DNA of 59,682 nt, filler included, from Jimgerdemannia flammicorona (Eukaryota), in NCBI GenBank assembly GCA_003990765.1. It is 3 parts of 3 records of this genome, joined end to end, with 100 filler letters (N's around TTAATTAATTAA, not from the genome) between each part and the next. Parts side by side here need not be neighbours in the genome. Positions count along the whole stretch, not along the records: positions 1 to 19,830 come from RBNJ01001840.1; 2 more parts are not named here. One strand, written 5' to 3'. The notes below the pieces were generated by a model that ran no database searches, was not told the DNA's origin, and saw only the letters and a program-made list of their open reading frames with translations. The first letter of the stretch is position 1. Each line of letters starts with the position of its first letter. Shown piece by piece: positions 1 to 12,635 of the stretch. A program made the position numbers and the translations under genes.

Positions 1-72
1 AGGGAGGGGGAGGGGAGAGGGAAGGGGAGGAGAGAGGGAGGGGGAGGGGAGAGGGGAGAGGGAGGAGAGGGT
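1..72. repeat. GA-rich low-complexity tract (intronic polypyrimidine on the gene strand)
   Basis: Almost pure G/A run (GGGGA/GAGAG units) downstream of the donor at 130 on the minus strand. Confidence 0.7.
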
Positions 73-130
73 TAGGGCAGATAGGGTGTGAGGTTATTAA
101 GAATACGGTTGGAAAAGTAGGGGGAGTTAC

Positions 131-995
131 CTGCTCGGCGTTCCATGCGGCCGTCCAGAGGTCGCACTTGGCCCCTTCGCTGCCGAACCCCTCGCGGATG
201 AGGGCGATTTTGCCACGCACGTCCGTAAAATCCGACACGTTGCATCCGTGGTGCGGAATCTCGACGATCTGCTGATTCTTCAATGTCGCAGATTGACCAC
301 CGTAGCGCATGCCTACATGCGTGGAAGGGGTGGGAGAACGGAGTGAGATTTATGGAGTCGTTAGTCGGTCAAGTGAAACCCTCTTTTCCCTTCGTTCATC
401 TATCGTAAGCAAACGACGCACATAGCACTGCTAACACCATATACCCCCCCCCCCTTTCTTCACTTTCTTCTCCACCTCCATACTTACTCCTAAAATCGAC
501 TCCTTCCTGATACCTAACCCTCCCCTCCAAACCCCCCAAAAATGCGACCTCAAGGCTAGCTGGCTTCAGCTCCTCCCAGACAGGTGCAACGAACGCCTGC
601 TTCTCGACGTCGCACCACCCGGTGGCGTGCGCGGTTAGCACGCTGATAATGTAATCGGCGCTGGCGTTGTACCCGTTAGCGATGCTACGCGAACCACCCG
701 ACGCCTGGGCCGATTCCTCCAGCGCCTGCAGGTGCTCTTGGATGTTGTCCGTATGAAGAGATTGCAGGAGTTGGTCTTGAGAGAGTGGGCGTTCGACTAA
801 GGAAAGGAAGGAGAATGTTCAGTCTGAGCAAGAGGTTTCTGGGCTCCATTCTCAGCCCGTTCATAACGCCCGCCCACACATACGTTCGGGCAATGTGTTT
901 ATCAAGACCAGCACGACAATAACAGCCATCAACACCGCTAGGCCCAAGATTGCTAGCGGGATTGCTACGAAGGGATCGGCCAGGCGTTGACGCAT
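131..995 (-). CDS. M28-family aminopeptidase with PA domain (aminopeptidase Y-like), 5' part; continues beyond window start
   Basis: GT-AG exons 995-884, 796-488 and 312-131 splice in frame. They give a hydrophobic anchor (MRQRLADPFVAIPLAILGLAVLMAVIVVLVLIN), then NIQEHLQALEESAQASGGSRSIANGYNASADYIISVL, then PA-domain-like GCNVSDFTDVRGKIALIREG...CDLWTAAWNAEQ. The start may lie further upstream. Confidence 0.8.
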
Positions 996-1500
996 GGTCC
1001 GTGAGAACTGCGGCTTACGGGGACCAAATGAGTTGGGTGGTGTCCCAACATCGGCAGCTTTGAGCGAAGGGAAGGAAGTTGTTAAAAATGGTATGATAGA
1101 GAGGAGTAGAGGGTGCGAGATGTGTGTGTACCTCGCTCTCTATTTCGCTGAGGGATCAATGGGGCCCTTTCGGAGGTCATTGTTGTTTGTGTCTCAGCCA
1201 AGGAACGATAGGGCGGAAGGAACGATAGGGCGGAAAGGCGGAAATGCGGAAAGGGGATAGGGCGGGGAAGATTAGCAAACGGCAGTCGCGAATGATTTTC
1301 AAGTCACATGCAAACATTTACGACATTTGGGATATGTGCAGAGGCTGGAGACGTGGTTTTCGGTTCCAATTGCTTTCCATACACATATACATACACACCC
1401 TTGGAATAACCCACAAGTACAGTTTACAAATTCACCTAACCCACAACGTCACCACCCAGTGTCACCCCACCCACCCTCTTCGCACAACACCACACCTTTC

Positions 1501-2462
1501 CTACAATTCGACCTCCCTAACGCCGTCCTTATCCACGATCTTGGCCCTGAAGGCTGGCAGGTTGATAATGAACCTAATTTTGAGCTCCTGTAGACACCTA
1601 CGGAGTAAGTCAATGGCCTCCGGAACGCTCATGTTGGGCTTGTGGTAGCGGTCCATGAGCGATAAGCAGAAGTGGGAACAGTAACCCTGCGCCGCAAACT
1701 TGAGGGGCGCCATGGCCGCCAGGTGGTCCAACCAGTAGAGGTGCGGAGTACCCGTCGTCGTGTCAAAGCCGCCGATGAGCATGTTGACCGAGTAGGGGTG
1801 CTAGAGAAGGATGAAGAAAGAGCACGAGTGAAAAGAGGAGGAGAGAAATATTAAAGGATAGAAGGGAAGATGTGCAAGGGTGACGTGTTGTGAATGTTCG
1901 GTGGATGTCGCGCAACAAAGTGTCGCACCAACCGTCGATCCACCTATACCAATGAACGCCGACAAGCCCACAGCATGTATAACCATCTAGTTAACGAACC
2001 ATGCCATCCTCCATCAATTCCCCTCTTTCCAACGACGCGATGCATGGGCCACAAGGTCCAAAAATTTGAGCGATTTCCTTGCAAAATTCCTTCATCCCAA
2101 ACCACACCCACTCTTGACCCCCACTTCGACCAACACAACCTCTGGCCCTCCCTTCAACCTAACCCATTGACACTCACCCTGCTCCTCAACGAATTCGCCA
2201 ACTCCCTCCTCGTAAAGTTAGCGGCCGCCTTAGGACTAAGCTCGTTCCCGTTTCTGATCCCGTATAGCTGTACGCTTCTTTGAATGAACTCTGCAAAGTT
2301 GACGGTGTCTCCGGGCGCGCCTGAGTAGAGCAGGACGGTGTGCGGGTTCAGGACGCGCGACTTGTCATCGGTGTCCTTCATGACGATGATGCTCTGGGCG
2401 GCGAGGGTGTCGCTAGCAAGGAGCACAAAATCCTTGCCGGTAATGCCGAACAGACACTCCAT
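1501..2462 (-). CDS. PRE1: 20S proteasome subunit beta-4 (beta type-2)
   Basis: Exons 2462-2178 and 1800-1501 (intron GTGAGT...CTAG) give 194 aa: MECLFGITGKDFVLLASD...IIVMKDTDDK...GDTVNFAEFIQRSVQLY...AANFTRRELANSLRSR|HPYSVNMLIGGFD...LSLMDRYHKPNMS...ELKIRFIINLP. This is the classic PRE1/PSMB2 sequence. Confidence 0.96.
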
Positions 2463-3031
2463 AGTATGTGAATTTGGGTGGTTGTGGGGTTGGGTTGGAG
2501 TGGGGTGTGGTAAGGCGTGTGTGTGGGATTGGATTACGTGTCTCAAACACATGACGTTGACTCTTTGCAACGTCACCCCATCACGAAATTGAGATGTGAT
2601 CTCCAACGATACATATCTGGAAGTATCCATATTTTTCATAACTTGGACTCCAGGAGTACCCAAACCCGAACATATCTACATATCTGGCGATTTGATACAA
2701 AATCTCCAGAGAACAAACTGAAAGTTAGAGAATCTCCTGATAAGTGTTTGTTCTGCAAATCTCCAGCTCAATTCTCCAGCACAATTTTCTCATATATTCA
2801 GAGATCATAAAAATTACAGTCAGCTAATATATCTGGATATATACAAAGTTTTTCTGGAGAGTTATTATTGGCAAATGATTTTGTTTATAGTATTTTATTT
2901 TTTTATTTTTTTATTTTTTATTTTTATTTATTTTTAATATATTTATTAATTTTTAATAAATAATTATTTATATTATAGCTATAATAGTTCTAGTTTCTTT
3001 AAGAAGAAGCAGCTAAGTCCTAGAAGTTCTA

Positions 3032-4224
3032 TTTTTTTTTTTTTGTTTAATGGACTCAATGTCCTGTGGATTTTTATTGGAAGGGAACCTAGACTATAAA
3101 GGTCAAAACCCTCTCCCATCACCCATCAAACACTGCCCCCCCATTAACCTAGGCTAGCTATAGTCTAGTAGCTTAACTATGCCAGGTGCAGCAGGGCCTA
3201 TGGTGGCCTGCACCTCATTCTGCGCACCATGCTTTCTCTACCACCAGGGGAAATCCAATCATATACCAATGACTGAAAGTATATATCTGAGAACCCAACA
3301 TATGTACAAGACTATACCTAAGCCAAATAGAATAGCTCCTGCCACTCTAAAGAGAATGACAGGTAAAGAAAAAACTCTCATCAAAGCACAATACAGTGGG
3401 TAGGGTCTGGTTCTCCCAGTTGAGATAAGTAAAGGACTTATATGTGAGGCAAGAGGAGACCCCCAATATCCCACTACTCAAGCCTGTGGGCCTTGATCAT
3501 GTTGTCATGTCAGCTCCTGGTTCCAGTTAAGTATAGCCAAGATACCTGAAATGGGTAGCCTCAGGCCCCCCAACCCCCCCTGATGACTAAGGCCCAATCT
3601 GCTGAATCACCAAAAGAAGCCAAGAGTGATATCTATCACCTAACCACACTATACCAATTAAAAGACCCCACTGAAGTAGCACCCACCCTAGCTCCAATGA
3701 CTGCCCCCAGCCTAGCACCCTACTGGTTCACCATAATTGCTCTTCCTCCTATCTGTGACAGCCATCTCCTCTTCCATCCTGACAATATCCAAAAAGCAGT
3801 CACCTATGCCAGAACTGTGCTCGCCAGGAAGCTTGCCAAAGTCAGAGGGCTCCACTACAGGCACTAAGGACCTGCAGATAATCTACACTGAGCACTTGAT
3901 GCCCAAGGTCAGCCAACTTCCTACATAGCCTGAGATACACTAAAACAGCATCTCATTAGTGATAGCAAAAGGAAGAAGGCACTACATCAAAATGGATACA
4001 CTCTAGATATAGCCAAAGGTACCAGAAACTGCAAAAAAAGTAGAGAAGATACTGATCCAATACTAATAAAGGGGTAACTTATTACCATTACCTCCCTCCC
4101 ACTGCCCTGCAATAGATACAGTAAACCAACCTAAGATAGAGAGGGTGATAATTGTGGAAAGTGAACTCAGAAGGTTGCTTACTAAACTAATGTAACTGAT
4201 AAGATAGTGGAGAAAGGGATCTAT
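3032..4224 (-). mobile_element. Non-autonomous ~1.2 kb poly(A) retroelement (SINE-like), full-length copy 1
   Basis: Poly(A) tail (T-run 3032-3044) preceded by AATAAA on the minus strand. 12-bp TSD CTAGAAGTTCTA at 3020-3031 and 4225-4236. Homologous to 39860-40955 and 40960-41696. No RT or other recognisable ORF. Confidence 0.8.
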
Positions 4225-4239
4225 CTAGAAGTTCTAGTG

Positions 4240-4450
4240 TAGTGCTCCAAAAGAGTCAGGAAAATCCAAACCTGATTTAAATTTGCCAACCATATAACTG
4301 ATTCAAGCTAGTTTGAATTCATCATATGATGAATTCAAATCAGTTCAAATTCAAATTCATTATATAATAAGTTTAAGTCAATTTGAACTAGCTCAAATTT
4401 ACCTCAGGAGCTAAAATCTTGATAAATTTTTTAGATGATAAACTAAACTA
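4240..4450. mobile_element. Orphan hAT terminus with subterminal repeats
   Basis: TAGTGCTCCAAAAGAGTCA at 4240 matches the right end of the 28935-35466 element (TAGTGCTCCAAATGAGTCA), followed by TTCAAA/TTTGAA short repeats. No partner end found. Confidence 0.55.
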
Positions 4451-5030
4451 AATTAGGAGTCAACTAGTACAAATTAACAAGCCCACCAAAAAGAACAATT
4501 CTTTGATAGAAAAAAAACCTGAAAAAAGGACCAAACTTCTACTAAATATTCAAAAACTAAGATATAATATAAAAATCAGTTATCAAATATATAGATTTTT
4601 TTGCTTCTCTAAGTTTCCAAAAAATTTGTTATAGTGATACATAGCTTCCAAGGTTCTATAATAAATACTTAGAGATAAACTGTTTAAAACTTTCTCATCT
4701 CTAATATGTAACTATTAAATTATATAATTGATTTGAGTAAAATACTATCATTATACTAAACTCCAGCAGAACTCCAATATCATAAGCTAAATTATAAAAC
4801 AAGTCTCCAGATTTTGGGGTATACTGTCCTTTATATTTGATGATATAGAGTAAAACAGATATCACATCTTAATCAGCATAAGTAGGAGAGCTTATATATG
4901 TATCAATCAAAAAATATGTTGCAGACTTTTGCTATATTTCGCTCAAACTGAAATTTTTCAAGTCTAAAATATATTCTAGATTAACTCAGATTTATCTGAC
5001 CTCTATCTATTCTAGATAATTTCAAAGTTT

Positions 5031-5215
5031 ATGAAAATACTGGTACCAAAGTTGGAAACTCTGATATCAAGGATACTGAAGTTGAAAATGCCAGAGATAC
5101 CAGAGATACTGAGAATATCAAAAATGCCAGAGATACTAGAAATGCCAAGAATACAGAGAATGTTAAGAATGCTGAGAATACCAAGAATGCTGAGAATATT
5201 GAGATACTCTCTGAA
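5031..5215. repeat. Degenerate 9-bp tandem repeat
   Basis: GAGATACCA/GAAATGCCA/GAATGCTGA-type units repeated in tandem. They generate the repetitive ORFs 5031..5249 and 5029..5292. Confidence 0.6.
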
Positions 5216-5325
5216 ATTTCCTCAGAAGATAAATAATAAAGAGTGTTGAATTGGTCAAAAATTGGATAAAGTATCTTATTCAACATAACCACTCAATCTC
5301 AAACTTAACTCTATTCTCACATCTC

Positions 5326-6050
5326 TCCAATTTCAGCTGTCTGCCATCTAACTAATCACCTCTTGAGTGGATCTATCTTAGCCCATTCTATAGCCTCCAT
5401 TAAAGAATAATTCTTCAATATCCTACCCCCTACTCTGAGCAACTCTAGCCACCACCACCACTGCTCTAGATCAACATTCTTCTCTACCATCTCTATCTCA
5501 GGCCCTGTCAGTCTTATGGCTAGCCAGGCCTCTACAATATCCCACCAGAACTCTTTATACTGCATTCTGCCAACTATTTCAATCTAAAGTAACCCTCTCA
5601 TATTCTTCCACTCCTCACTCTGAGAGCAGAACCTGACCTCCCAATTGTCTATCACCAGTCTACCCCAACTTCCTTCTCCTAGCTCCATAAGGCAGTGACC
5701 CCACCAGCCCCTAAGGGCCTTCAGCTGCCACCAGAAATCCACCAGCCCCTAAGGGCCTTCAGCTGCCACCAGAAATCCACCAGCCCCAGACCCCTATCAG
5801 CAATCAGCAGCACCAATGCCTCCCATCCAATCTTCCCCACCAGAGCCACCCTTCAATAGCCTTCTTCAGCTGCTGCACCACCCACCCTGGGAAGTCCAAG
5901 TGGTAACCCAAATACCACAACTTCAGCAACCAGTACACATTCAAAACCACCACTCTCCCCACCAGGGAGAAGTTATGACCAGCCCAACCCATCAGCGCTC
6001 ACCAACGAAATAGCTCCTAATCACTGTAGCCACCACCTGCTACCAACGTT
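5326..6050 (-). mobile_element. L1/Tx1-like LINE ORF2 fragment (post-RT region)
   Basis: GWAGHNFSLVGRVVVLNVYWLLKLWYLGYHLDFPGW is homologous to the same region of the LINEs in contigs B and C. Contains a 38-bp tandem duplication at 5701-5776. Confidence 0.75.
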
Positions 6051-6355
6051 CCCTCATGTTTTACCCTAGTCGCAACATTACAGAAGCAAAAAATACGCAG
6101 GACTGGAGAGGCGACAACAATAAGTGAAGGCCGAATTATGTTTAGCCTTTTATATTTGATTTATTATTTTGACGTTGGGAATGTTATAATTAAAGAAATA
6201 AGGCTGTTGCTGTTTGGAGTTACCAAAACTGTTGTGATGTCAGTATTAATAGCTCGGCAGAGACGCAAGCTTGCTGGGTAACAATATATTGTAAATGTCC
6301 CCAACCATCCTATAATTCAACATAATTCGAACACACCATAAACACAACACAAATC

Positions 6356-7676
6356 ATGCACGCACCAGCACTCCATCTCCCTGACCTCGATCTTTCGCTC
6401 CTCTCCTAGGAGAACCTGGCCGACTGATACGCTTTGTTGCCGAACTTCAGCACGTGACTCTGTATGTCGGGTTCTTCTATGTCAAAAACCATGGTATAGA
6501 CAAGGCGTTACAAAAAGAAAATATTGCGCAGGCCAGAAATTTTTTAAGTTGTCCCTCGAAGAGAAGGAGGAGAGAGAGCCCGCATTTCAGGGGATGGGTG
6601 AGACTAAATCGCTAATCGCTGCATTTCTCATTTCCAATCACTACCATAGGTCTTGAAACAACTAACTACAAGCAAGACAATAGGTACCTCTTTTCCTACC
6701 TTATTTGCCATACCCACTTGCAACCTATCCACCATCCACTCACTCCCTTCATCTCCTCCCCACAGAGAACAATTTGATTATGGCCTAGAGCTTCCTGTGC
6801 CAAAGCTCTCTTCACGCACCTCAATATCCAAGTCCCGAACAAGTGGCCACGTGAGACGAGCGTTCCTGGGTTCCGCCACATTTATGGAGGATCCGTGTGG
6901 CATCGCCCACAGGCCCATGCACGCCGTCGCCTTGAGCCTAGAGGAGTTCTTCAAAAGATCATTCGGAGACATGCCACACATTAGGGTGAAGGTTGTTAGG
7001 TATTTGTCAATGGACGACAAGCCAGCAGAACATGTGCTTGGTGTTGGGCCGCATAAGGTATGATTGATTAATCAATTATTTTCACAAGCACCATGTATGA
7101 TATAATGATATCGAAATGAAATGCGGCCTTCTTTCTCTCCTCTTACCTTATCTCTCCTCATTTCTCACAGGACTACAGCTTCCTCACTATCCTAATGCAA
7201 GATGATGATGTCGGTGGCCTTCAAGTACAAACAGCCGATGGCAAATGGATTGTGAGTATCGTTTCCTACACTCAATCTCCTTCGCTTCTTCTATTGCTCT
7301 TCCCCACCAGGATGCAACTCCAATCCCAACACCTTCATTGTCAACATTGGCGAGGCCTTCGAACGTCTGATACAATGTTGCTATGTAGCAACGACGCATC
7401 GCATCCTCAATAATACCACCGGGCGCGACCGCATCTCCATCCCCATCTTCTTCAACCCAGCCACCGATGCACAAATCCCGCATGTACGCATCCCCAATTA
7501 CATCCTGAGACAGGTGCCCGCGAATGTGGTTTAGCAATGTGAAGGAGGACCAGTTGTTGCAGGATCCTATTTATGGCATAAGTGCATTTAAAGGACTCGC
7601 GAGAAGCCATATGAATGAATTTGAGAGGTGGTATGCCACTGGCGAGGATGGAATAGTCAAGAGGAGGGAGGTGTGA
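6356..7676 (+). pseudogene. 2OG-Fe(II) oxygenase (isopenicillin N synthase / DIOX_N family) pseudogene
   Basis: Motifs LPDLDLS, VGFFYVKNHGID, EQFDYG, GVGPHK|DYSFLTILMQDDDVGGLQV (HxD split by an intron), FIVNIGEAFERL...ATTHRIL...RISIPIFFNP. Exon 1 has in-frame stops and frameshifts. Stop TGA at 7674-7676. Confidence 0.85.
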
Positions 7677-9553
7677 GAGAGGAGACTTGAGAGAAGAGAG
7701 GTGGTACCCCATGTAGATATATTTATATAGTTTCATCTTTGCTTTCCTCGATTAGAGCAATTGATAGAAAATTCACCCAAACTTGTGCACAGTACATAAT
7801 TAAATATCACATTACATTGTTATGCTGTCTCTATTCCACTATATAATTATAAATACAAATACAAACCCATTTTCCTCCCTCTCCCGCGCATCCCTGCAAT
7901 CACGTCGGCTATGCAAGATGCACTCGCACTTTTTTTTTAATCAACTATCACACCGCCCACTTCTAAGAACCTTTTACCCTCGCCACGATGGTTCGTGCCT
8001 AGGGTCCTTTGCTGTTTAACAAAACGTGGCAAACTTACAAAAGGCTAATCGCGTATTTTATTGCCATTATCCCATGATACAGTTTCTCTATAATGGTGTG
8101 CAGTATTGCTATCCGGTCAACTCTATTTTTTTTATTTTATTTTTTTTTCTGGGGGGGAACGTACGATTCAAATGGATAAATCATTGCCGTCCTCAAAACA
8201 AAAAGCATTCGTTATAATTGAGCAAAAAGGTACTAATCCAGAAAGACCATAAGGTACTTTTTAATAAACTTTGCCTCAATTTATCTCCCTGGTTCGAACT
8301 CGTTTTTTTGTTTGACAAATAACCCCCAACTCGGAAAATGTCGTAAAAAAAAAAAATAAAAAAAAAAAATAAAAAAAAAAAAAACTGTTGACAATAGCTA
8401 ATATCAACGATCCAGCCATGCGCTCGTACCTTGTTCCTTGAATGAAAACCGGAAAGCTTAAAGTGGAATTGTTTACAATTTGAGCACCGGCAGGTTCACA
8501 CCCGACATACCTATATTTACGATCAATAAGGATTGTATTAATCATGTCGCAAAGCCTTAATTTTCCCTATTGATATATTTCTGGGCCTGGGCTCAATCCT
8601 CCTATAGTGAATCAATATAGAGCCTATACATCTTAATAAAAGTTAACTTGATATTAGCAAATATCAATATATAAAGAAGAAAATAGCAAGAGTCATAAGT
8701 ACTATTGGTAATCATCTTGTATATACCTGTAGAATTATATATATCAGAAGCAAATACTATAAATATTCATTTTTAGACAGTCAATATAGTTACAATATTA
8801 ACATCTTTATAAAAATCTCCTTGACTAACAAAGGGTGATATGAGATTTATTTCAATAAGTAAAATAGTGAGAAATTATAAAAAAAAATTCTATTTGTTTG
8901 ATAATGGATATAGAAATGAAAAAGCAAAGAAGACTGCTAAGCATACAGAGGTCAGTTTCCTCCTTGTGAAGTGATTGACAAAGATGTAGGTTTGGAAACA
9001 TTGCTCCCTGTTATGTATCTCTCACTATCTCTAGGAATTGGTTCAACTCAGATGGATAGGATTTTGACATTTTTGTGCATAATTTTTATTCCCAATGAAC
9101 AACCCTTCGGATTATGTCACAAAGTTGCCAACGTTCAAACGGCAAAAAGTTGCAAGGTGATTGTTATTAACAACGGGGAGGAAAATATGTTCCTTTGATT
9201 CGAGGCAACCGCGTGTTCTATCTTTAGAACTGATATTGCAATATTGACGTTTGAACATGAGCTTTCCATGCAAACGTAGCGTGATACGTAGCGTGATAAA
9301 AAATCGACCAAATTCGAAACGGCCGGCTTTGAACGATTGATCCACCAACTCGCAAAATCTAGTTACATCTTCGCGAAGCGTCTTGGTATCCGCTCGCCAC
9401 ACGCACGCCGATTGCGTCTGATAGCGTATTGGACTTACCCTACAGCAAATGCATGAACTCAGGGGCGAACATGTTGGGTGTGATGTTTGTCACGTGCAGT
9501 TCATCCGGCGAGTTGAAGTCTTACGACATCTCGTCATGTTCTCATTCAAGACG

Positions 9554-9590
<37 letters not shown>

Positions 9591-9783
9591 AAAGTCATCC
9601 GACACCGCGGCTTCAGCAACCATCCCACCAAAATAATAAATTCCACTATGATATGTTACGGTAAACACAGAGAGAACGATGAAGTAAAATATATTTGCAC
9701 AAAAAAAAAAGAAAACACGTTGTAAACGATGGGATCGGCCGCCTCTCCAACCATTTTAATGTTTGATCATCGCACGCATTTCC

Positions 9784-10593
9784 TCATTCGGTTTTCTTGG
9801 TCTCGTTGTAGTCGCCTTTCACCACCACCACAGGGCATTTGACGTGATGAATGCAATACTCGCTTGTTGAGCCGAGAATAAGCCTACGTTCGGAATGGAC
9901 GTGTCAAACTATAAGAAAGCATGTGCTCTAACGAAGTCCCCAATGGACAATCCAACGAAACAAGCGTGAAAACAGCGACTGACTTACTTCTTCAGCCCAT
10001 CATTGTTCCGCGACCCAATGACGAACAGGTTGGCCGCGCGCTTCTCTGCGTAGGTCTCCAGAATCGGACCGACGTCTGTGTAGTCTTTGATATCAACAAT
10101 TTTGTAGTTGACCTGAAGACAAGAACGCAAGATTGTAGAATGAGATTGTGTCTGTAGGGAGATGATGTCACAAGAGTTACGGGCTTTCGCGTTTCAATAA
10201 TTTGCACGGCTTACCACGCCGTCGAACTGCTTCAAAAATCCCCGTAGTTCCTCCAGGTCTTTTTTGGCGTCATTTTCAATTCCAACGTTGGCCGATCTGT
10301 CGAGGTCACCGCTAGAGTTGTAGAATTATGATCAGCATTATATGTCACTGTTCTTACGGTGGTGAACAATAGTCAGGGTGCTTTTCTCAAAGGTCAAGCC
10401 AAATGTATTCGTGGCAAAATACTCACAGGAAGGGCACCGGATTTACCAGCGGGTTCAGAGCAACGACGAAGACAACCTCGAGCTCGTGAGGGACGGCAAG
10501 CTTCTTGCAAAGATCAACAGCATAGTGAACGGCCTTGCGAGAGACAGGTGAGTTGTCAGAGGCAACAATAACGCGATAGGAGGTGTCAGTCAT
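9784..10593 (-). CDS. Universal stress protein (USP/UspA domain)
   Basis: Four GT-AG exons (10593-10427, 10311-10215, 10112-9988, 9883-9784): MTDTSYRVIVASDNSPVSRKAVHYAV...ANLFVIGSRNNDGLKKLILGSTSEYCIHHVKCPVVVVK. Carries the USP ATP-binding-type motif and C-terminal signature. Confidence 0.92.
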
Positions 10594-11313
10594 GGTAAGG
10601 AGGTAAAGGAAGAGAGTAGAGTCGAAGGCGCCCAACCCGTGATTTAAGGAGTCACATATCGCGCTAGACTTATGATGTCACCTGATAGACGCCAAATCGC
10701 GTTCATTCAGAACCCTTCTCGTCGCATTATACCGAACCTTTAACCCCGACTAATCCTCTTAAGCGAACTTGTATGGGCCCACAGTGTCCCAATTCGCCTG
10801 ATGAAAATCTCAGAAACTCCCAGCAGGCCTTACGTTGTTGCTGGTGAGTTAAGTTCGTCTACTTGGCTTATAAAAAAAGAAAACATGAAGCGAAAGCGTA
10901 AGACTCAACAGCCATCTCTTTGCCGCTCGTGCCCTATAAGCCGCCCTGTTTTTCGCCAAATGCCGCGGCAGCGCGAGCCCTAGCAAGTGACCACAAACTC
11001 CATGGACAACGTACCTATCCAATGACAAGTACCTCAGCCTATCCCTCCCACGCGCTTCCCGTCGCTTCCCTCTTTTAACACTACACCTACATTGGGCAGC
11101 ACCACAACTGTCTAAAAAGACTGACATAAAAGCAAAAGCAAGAGCATTTTACAAAGGTACCAAGATCAAGAAAATTAAAAACTGTTACAAAACGAAACAA
11201 CAATATGTACAAAACGCGAAAACATTGCCCAAGAAAGGTATATAAATAAACACGGCTCAGGCCCTATCCGAATCAAGATGACGTTAAGATAATAATGTTT
11301 GTGTCAAGCGAGT

Positions 11314-12635
11314 TCACTTCGAACTCGACTTAAAAAATGTCAACACTCCACCGCCGTATGTGACAGGTTTGGTAGCTCCCAACATCGGTACGACTTGCAC
11401 AGGTCGCCACCCCTCCACTCTCCTCCACACGATTCCCCCCTCCCACCGGAAGCCATTCTGCTTCATATAATCACTGGCGTTCCGATTTAGATGCTTTGGG
11501 AGTATGACCAACTCCAGCTTCTCGAATGGCGCCGCTACCACCCTCATTACAAAGGATTGATCCAACTTATTGCAGTCCACCAGTGACAACGATCTCAGTC
11601 CAGACCACGCACCGTCCCAAACGTCAACCTCCGGGCCTCCAATGATGTTAGGACACCCCTGGAGATCGATGTGTTCCAGCATCCAACCGTGGCGGAGCAG
11701 GGCAAAGTTGAGACAGTAGTTGTCGAGCCCTGAAGCGTGCGTTATTCGGAGGCGCTTCAGGTTTTTTGCACCATCTCAGAAGGGCCTCTAGGCTCTTGAG
11801 GGTGAAGCACGGCGAATTACAGGTTTCGTGGACGACGCACGTGAAGGATTCGAGCTGCGGACACGAGAGCGACAGGGCGATTGACGCAGAGGTAACACGT
11901 GCTGCGCGGTCTGACTGATTTTTCGTGCGAGTAGTGGAACCGCCGCAGGTCCGGCCACGAGCTCACCAGATGATCCAGGCTTTGGTCGTCTTTGATGCGG
12001 TCGAGCTCAATATCACGCAGCGCCGTGCAGAGCTTCAGGGCGCGTTGAGTGTTCTTTCCGAAGGCAAAACGGGTGAACTTGAGCGAGATGAGACGCGGAG
12101 ATAGAGCGGCGATGAGCTCGTAAAGGTGCTCGTGGTAAATGGGATCGCCGCCGTTGCCGATAATCGCCAGGTGTGTGATCATCGAGCAGGAGGGTTGGAG
12201 CCTTTGGAAGTTGCCGTCCATGCGTCGGAGGCGGGAAAGAGTTCTGGTGGGTGGAGAGTCAATGTTGAAGATGAGCTCGGTGAGGTTCGGCGGGTGGAGA
12301 TCAGGGATTGACTTGAGGGCGTTAAGGGTGCCGTCGAAGTGGAATGGGTGGGTGTGGATGAGGTCGATGGTCACTCGCTCTATTAACCCGGCGAGAAAAG
12401 GGAGCCCGTTGCGTCGGAATTCATTGAGTAGGTCGGCGGTCAGCCTGACTTTCTCTGACGTATAGTTTTTGCTACGGAAGAGCGACTGACGACAATTTCA
12501 TTCAGCAGCAGTCGCGCCTCGAGGTACCAGGTTCACTCCTGGCGGGAGGGGTTTGGGGGGTAAGAGGTTAAAGAGTACCTCCTGCAGAATTTCGGGGATA
12601 TATAGGGCTGGGGTGCGGTTGATAGTTGCAAACAT
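11314..12635 (-). pseudogene. F-box-like / RNI-type leucine-rich repeat protein, disrupted
   Basis: N-terminal ALYIPEILQEVLFNLL (F-box-like start), then LRR-like segments (CTALRDIEL, SWPDLRRF, SCPQLESF, LEHIDLQGCPNI, LRSLSLVDCNKL). In-frame TGA at 12498-12500 and frameshifts near 11880 and 11765. Confidence 0.7.

Noticed and set aside
2589..5325. GAGATGTGA (2591) with TCACATCT (4862, 5317) as possible TIRs or LTR ends of an old element
   Set aside because: No convincing TSD for either pairing and no coding remnant to classify it.
8545..9070. CpG-poor island starting TGTC and ending TGACA, possible solo LTR
   Set aside because: No matching target-site duplication and no second copy in the window.
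9112..9545. CpG-rich ORF-like segment downstream of the USP gene
   Set aside because: No recognisable domain, and candidate frames contain stops.
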